A DNA stretch of 64,000 bases from Myxococcales bacterium (GTDB lineage Bacteria > Myxococcota_A > Polyangia > Polyangiales > DASUME01): the NCBI GenBank assembly GCA_047601445.1, contig JASGJH010000001.1:4032001-4096000 (forward strand). The letters are read 5' to 3'. Made by a program: the position numbers and the translations under genes. Numbering within the stretch: position 1 is the stretch's first letter; every line of letters starts with the position of its first letter. A model generated the notes under the pieces. The model was not told the origin of the DNA and did no database searches. It saw nothing but the letters and a program-made list of their open reading frames with translations. Positions 59,640 through 64,000 of this stretch are shown here, piece after piece.

Positions 59640-60350
59640 TCAGTTGCTTGCCGCCACGGCTGCCGCAGCTTGCTTGATGAGCTCGGCGACCACCTTGGGT
59701 CGGGACACGTAGATGGCGTGGCTGCCAGGGCTCTCGGAGATCTTCGCTCCCGCGCGCTGAGCCATCGTGCGCTGCGCAGGCGGAGGAATCATCTTGTCCT
59801 CGGTGGCGACGAGGTACCAGCTCGGCTTGGTCTTCCACGCGGGTTCGCTCACGGCTCCCGCGAGCGCCTCCACGCCCCAGGGCACCTGCGAGTCCGCGAG
59901 GAAGGTCGCCTTGTCGTGCGGGAGGTCACCCGCGAAGGACGCCGGGAACTTCTCACGATCGAGCAGCAGCATGCCGTCCTGTGGGGGCAGAATCGGCGGG
60001 ACCGGCGCGCCCGGAGGAGGATTCGCGATCAGCGTCTGCACGGACTCTCCCTTGTCTGGCGCAAACGCCGTTACATAGACGAGCGCTCCGACCGAGGGAT
60101 CGGTGCCCGCCTCGGAGATGACTGCCCCACCGTAGGAGTGCCCCACCAGGACGACCTTCCCGCGCTGCTTCTTGAGCACACGCTTGGTCGAGGCGACGTC
60201 GTCGGCCAGGGTGGTCGTGGGGTTCTGAACGATGGACACGTCGAAGCCCTCGGCCGTGAGGATTCGGTAGACCGACTCCCAGCCGGAGCCATCGACGAAG
60301 CCGCCGTGGACGAGGACAATGGATGGACGCTCAATATTCGCTGTCGACAT
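59640..60350 (-). CDS. Alpha/beta hydrolase
   Basis: VLVHGGF.DGS.W, GHSYGG, D.MIPP and GSH. Confidence 0.95.
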   Translation of the reverse strand: MSTANIERPSIVLVHGGFVDGSGWESVYRILTAEGFDVSIVQNPTTTLADDVASTKRVLKKQRGKVVLVGHSYGGAVISEAGTDPSVGALVYVTAFAPDKGESVQTLIANPPPGAPVPPILPPQDGMLLLDREKFPASFAGDLPHDKATFLADSQVPWGVEALAGAVSEPAWKTKPSWYLVATEDKMIPPPAQRTMAQRAGAKISESPGSHAIYVSRPKVVAELIKQAAAAVAASN

Positions 60351-60558
60351 GGCCAGTTCCTTTCGCTCTCCGCCCAGGAACGCAAAGGCTGCGCCATGCC
60401 CCTCCTTCCACGAATTCGCCGAAATTTCAGGTCGACACTGCTCACCCGAAACGGCCCGCCGCCACACCACGGCGCCGCGACGCTCCTTTTTCCCCCAGGC
60501 CCCCGCCAAGGATTGGGGCCGTAGGGACATAGAGTCTTCACCAGTGGACCGAGGAACC

Positions 60559-61293
60559 ATGTCAAACGCTTGCTTGGCTTATTCTACCCGCCCCCTCCGA
60601 ATCACCCTCGCGCTCGCCCTCTCCATGCTTGGCGTCTCGGGATGTAGCGAGGACCCGGTCACCTACGGTCCGGAAAGCGGGCACACCGACGGCGGACCGC
60701 ACAACCACGAGGGCGATGGTGACGGCGACGGTGATGGTGACGGCGACGGTGATGGTGATGGTGATGGTGACGGCGACGGTACGGCCGGCAATGACGCCGG
60801 AGTCGTCCCAAGTACCAGCTCCGGTGACGGCTGCATGCTCGGTGAGGCGGGCAGCTTCGCGACCGATCAGAGCCTCAACCTCTTCGGCGACATCGTGTAC
60901 TTCGCCAAGGGCAAGGACTTGCCCGCCGGTCGCTACCGCGTGGCCTACGACGACGGCTGCATGAAGTACAACTTGCTCTTCAACTGGGCCGTGAACAGTC
61001 AGGCCGGCAAGGACGGTTGGTGGCTGGTGGGTGCCACCTCGCAAGACCGCGTCGTGGTGCTCCCCGGCGAGGCAGGGTCCAGCGTGCTCGGGGTAGCCCA
61101 GAACTTCGAAGACTGCGTCGCCGCAAACAAGAAGTTGCTTCCCAAGGAGTTCGACTTTACCGGCGGCAAGCTCGGCATCTGGCTCAACGACGCGCCCTAC
61201 GAAGACAACATCGCGGGCGAGGGTGGACGCAATCCCAAGTGGAAGCTCACGCTGTTGGTCGAAGAGTGCCCGCCCGACCTCGTACTCTTGTGA
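60559..61293 (+). CDS. Lipoprotein with Gly-Asp repeat and C-terminal beta domain
   Basis: GAGGA RBS; lipobox VSGC; LPAG.Y...Y..GCMKY and GG.LG.WL.D.PY.DN..G...NP.W.L. Confidence 0.82.
   Translation: MSNACLAYSTRPLRITLALALSMLGVSGCSEDPVTYGPESGHTDGGPHNHEGDGDGDGDGDGDGDGDGDGDGDGTAGNDAGVVPSTSSGDGCMLGEAGSFATDQSLNLFGDIVYFAKGKDLPAGRYRVAYDDGCMKYNLLFNWAVNSQAGKDGWWLVGATSQDRVVVLPGEAGSSVLGVAQNFEDCVAANKKLLPKEFDFTGGKLGIWLNDAPYEDNIAGEGGRNPKWKLTLLVEECPPDLVLL
60712..60780 (+). repeat. Coding (Gly-Asp)n hexanucleotide repeat
   Basis: 11 GGYGAY units. Confidence 0.92.
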
Positions 61294-61381
61294 GGTCCCA
61301 CGCGGGGTGTCCGCAGCCTCGTCGAGCGCAACGCGCGGCCCACATGTAGGCGAAGGCGACGCCAGCGCTCGGGGTCTCAGA

Positions 61382-61684
61382 TCATTTGAACGGGCGCTTG
61401 TAGCAATGCACGAGGCCCGAGTGATAGTCGACCGAGGCCGAGACGAGCTCCCAGCCCTGGCTCCCATACTTGACGATCTCTTCGTTGGCTTCGTCCATGA
61501 ATCCGAGCCCCGCATGCCTGTGACAAAACTGCTGCCACGGGGTGAAGCTGGTTACCGGTTTGAAGGCGATCTGCTTATCCTCCGCCCGAACTCCGACCAC
61601 GGCGCCCACGGCACAGCCGATCAAGACGCCGACGACGAAGATCCAATTCTTGCTGAGTGTGTTCGGACTTGGCTTGACTTCCAC
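61382..61684 (-). CDS. Small membrane-anchored protein, DUF4177-like
   Basis: N-terminal TM; W.Q.C and G..GWELVS..C.KRP. Confidence 0.68.
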   Translation of the reverse strand: MEVKPSPNTLSKNWIFVVGVLIGCAVGAVVGVRAEDKQIAFKPVTSFTPWQQFCHRHAGLGFMDEANEEIVKYGSQGWELVSASVDYHSGLVHCYKRPFK

Positions 61685-61844
61685 GTTCGACGTCCCTTCG
61701 CGGTCTGACTGAGGCGGTCGCTGCGGCAGCGGCGCTTCCGCGCCAACGTAGAATTGGCGCCCCTGCGGTCAACGCTCAATTTCGAAAGCTCCTGAGATAT
61801 CCTCCCTTCCCATGGGTTGGCAGTGGCTGGGGCGGGGTGCCCGC

Positions 61845-62765
61845 GTGAACTGGGTCCGAGGCGCCTTACATCGTGGGACGGGTGCCATTTTCCTTTCGCT
61901 GTTGGTGGCCTGCGGCGGGAGCCCTCCCCCTCCAGTCGAATCCTCGGCAGCCGCCAAAGAGCAGGAACCGGCCACCGATCCCCTGGCCTCGAGCGCCAAG
62001 AGTCTGGCCCTGGCCTCCCCTGCCAGTCATGGCGCACCTCCCGAAGCGCGCTCGGCCCATGCCAGTCCGAGTCCAGCACCGGCCCGCGATGCAAGCCGCA
62101 GCGTCGGAGTGCGCGGCATCACGGGAAGCCTCAGCGCCTACGAGGTGGAGCAGGCCATGAACGAGCGGCAGACCGAGCTGCTCGCGTGCGTCCAACAGCG
62201 TCCGCGCGGGCTGGGCTTCGTGGCGGGTAACATCGCCTTTCACATGGAAGTGGACGGGAAGGGTCGGGTCGACCGCGTGCTCGTGACTGAGTCGGATATC
62301 GGATACCCCGTGCTCGAAGCGTGCCTGAGCTCGGTGGTGGCCACGGCGCCCTTGAAGGCACCGGCTGGTGGCCAGGCGGCGGAGGCGCAGTGGCGTATGG
62401 GCGTGGACCCCCTGGGTCGCGCTGCGGAGTTCATCGACAGCGCCGAACTAGAGAGCACCATCGAACGTCATGCCGCCGACACCTACGAGAGCTGCGAGAT
62501 CGCCAAGAACAAGCGCTTCCTGGTGAACGGCTACGTCGGCCGCAAGCACACGCTCGACCCGGCCAGCGTAGTCCCCGCGCAGCGCAAGCTCGAAGCCCAA
62601 GACGAAGAGACCCGTACGCAGATCGCGTGTCTTACGCAGGCCCTGGCGCAATGGAAGGGTTGGCCGAAAGTGCGCGGCGCTGCCAAGGTCGGCTTCGAGT
62701 TGCGTTGGGTTCCCGAACCTCCACCACCAGCTCGCAAGGGCAAGAAGGCCAAGCGTAGGCGCTGA
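61845..62765 (+). CDS. Lipoprotein with AgmX/PglI C-terminal (TonB-C-like) domain
   Basis: Lipobox LVAC-GG; L..C......G.I.F...V...G.V..V....SD.G....E.C......P.GG. Confidence 0.72.
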   Translation: MNWVRGALHRGTGAIFLSLLVACGGSPPPPVESSAAAKEQEPATDPLASSAKSLALASPASHGAPPEARSAHASPSPAPARDASRSVGVRGITGSLSAYEVEQAMNERQTELLACVQQRPRGLGFVAGNIAFHMEVDGKGRVDRVLVTESDIGYPVLEACLSSVVATAPLKAPAGGQAAEAQWRMGVDPLGRAAEFIDSAELESTIERHAADTYESCEIAKNKRFLVNGYVGRKHTLDPASVVPAQRKLEAQDEETRTQIACLTQALAQWKGWPKVRGAAKVGFELRWVPEPPPPARKGKKAKRRR

Positions 62766-62871
62766 ACGGCACCAGATGGACACCGCCGCGCGTTCGCACC
62801 TGCTCTAGAAAGGGCGGACGCTGCTGTCTGCCTGATTGGAACAGAATCACCAAAAACAATAGACTAGCTGG

Positions 62872-64000
62872 GTGAGCGGTCCCGATGCACCTCTGAGCCC
62901 AGCGGCGCCATGGCGAGAGCTGTTAGCCCTGCGCATGATGCAGGCGCTGACACCTCTGTGTGCCCTTGCCATCCTCAACCTTCTCTGGTTCGAGCGCTCT
63001 GCGAGCACACTCTTGGTGTCCAGCGTGCTCGCGATCCAGTTCGTGATCCAGCTGCGCGAAATCGCGCGCGGGCCGGTGACGTCCTCGCGTCACGCGTGGA
63101 TCTTGGTCGTGTTTCTGATGATCTGCAGTCTGGTCTCTTACTCGCAGGTCGGCTTTCTCTCCGGCCCCACGGCCGGCCTCCTCGTCGCCATCATGATGGC
63201 GGGCCTGCTGCTGAGCTTCCGAGCCATGATCGCGGTGATCGCGATCGCCTTCTTGGGTATCTCGGCCGTTGGTTGGGGAATCGTGAGTGGCCTTCTTCCC
63301 GCGCCAACCACGTCCGACATCTCCATGCTCAGCGGACGCGTGTGGATCCGCACGACCATCACCACCTTCATCTTGATCGTCCTCGCGGTGATCTTGGTTC
63401 GCCGACTGGTCCTCGAGCTCGAGGGCGCGCTTGCGAGGGCCGAAGTCCAGGCCTCGGAGCGCGAACGCGCCAACCAGGAGAGACTCCGAACGCAGCAGCG
63501 CGCTCTGGAAGCCCAAAAGCTCGAAGCGCTGGGTACGCTCGCGGCCAGCGTCGCGCACGACTTCAACAACTCGCTGATGATCGTCCAGATGTGGAACGAC
63601 ATCCTCGAGCGCAGCGAGGTGACGCCGGCTCAGCGGCGCGAGGGGAGCGCGGCCATCGCTCAAGCGGTGGACGGCGCTGCAGCCCTGTCGCGCCAGCTCC
63701 TCATGTTCGCGCGCAAAGAGCCCCGCGCGCCCAAGCGCCTCTCGCTGGCAGGCACCGTGAATACGTTCAAGCGCAGTCTCGGAAAGCTCCTGCCCAGCGA
63801 CATCGAATTGGTTGCTCAAGCCGATGGAGACACTCCGATCAGGGCGGACCCGCTGCAGATTGACCAGGTGCTCCTCAACCTCTCCATCAATGCGCGCGAC
63901 GCCATGCCGCGCGGTGGCCGTCTCGAGCTCCGTGCTCGCGAGGTGCAGCTCACGGAGGACGTCAGCGCAGTGAACGGCCTGCTCGCCCCGGGCGACTACA
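62872..64000 (+). CDS. Membrane sensor histidine kinase (3' truncated by window end)
   Basis: Not in the ORF track because it has no stop in the window. Frame 1 from the GTG at 62872 gives several TM helices, H-box QKLEALGTLAASVAHDFNN and N-box QVLLNLSINARDAMPRGG. Confidence 0.92.
   Translation, partial: MSGPDAPLSPAAPWRELLALRMMQALTPLCALAILNLLWFERSASTLLVSSVLAIQFVIQLREIARGPVTSSRHAWILVVFLMICSLVSYSQVGFLSGPTAGLLVAIMMAGLLLSFRAMIAVIAIAFLGISAVGWGIVSGLLPAPTTSDISMLSGRVWIRTTITTFILIVLAVILVRRLVLELEGALARAEVQASERERANQERLRTQQRALEAQKLEALGTLAASVAHDFNNSLMIVQMWNDILERSEVTPAQRREGSAAIAQAVDGAAALSRQLLMFARKEPRAPKRLSLAGTVNTFKRSLGKLLPSDIELVAQADGDTPIRADPLQIDQVLLNLSINARDAMPRGGRLELRAREVQLTEDVSAVNGLLAPGDY

Noticed and set aside
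59988..59994. Another GATTCTG (minus strand) as a frameshift site
   Set aside because: It is in frame within PVPPILPP of an intact hydrolase. It is a counter-example, showing the motif is not an obligatory recoding signal.
62910..63863. 317-aa ORF from the track
   Set aside because: Wrong frame. The true gene is the frame-1 histidine kinase running off the window.

Overview
High-GC bacterial DNA, most likely from a myxobacterium (Myxococcota, Polyangiales-like). This is inferred from the many Cys-rich and Gly-Asp-repeat lipoproteins, the ECF sigma/FecR-TPR anti-sigma clusters and an AgmX/PglI-C protein. It is an accessory-rich, gene-dense region of about 60 CDS. I found no rRNA, tRNA, CRISPR array, transposase or integrase. 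Recognisable genes include kup, katG (with an OxyR-like site), a TetR-SDR-enoyl-CoA hydratase unit, a streptothricin acetyltransferase-like GNAT, a Tat-lipoprotein cholesterol oxidase, MlaC, an MFS transporter, three ECF sigma factors and a truncated sensor kinase. Five things stand out. (1) A probable envelope operon at 35629-40800 includes a lipoprotein with seven eukaryote-type LDL-receptor class A modules, followed by an SMI1/KNR4 protein. (2) An exported caspase-like CHAT lipoprotein is coupled to an exported metallophosphoesterase. (3) A sterol desaturase/unknown/HTTM module is bracketed by a perfect 16-bp direct repeat next to the cholesterol oxidase. (4) Three apparent frameshifts all fall on GATTCTG (GATCTG plus one T), and a fourth fits the same motif. 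(5) Paired ECF promoters can be read directly from the sequence. All family calls come from motif recognition by eye; no database searches were run. Many starts were moved from the ORF track to better-supported codons.
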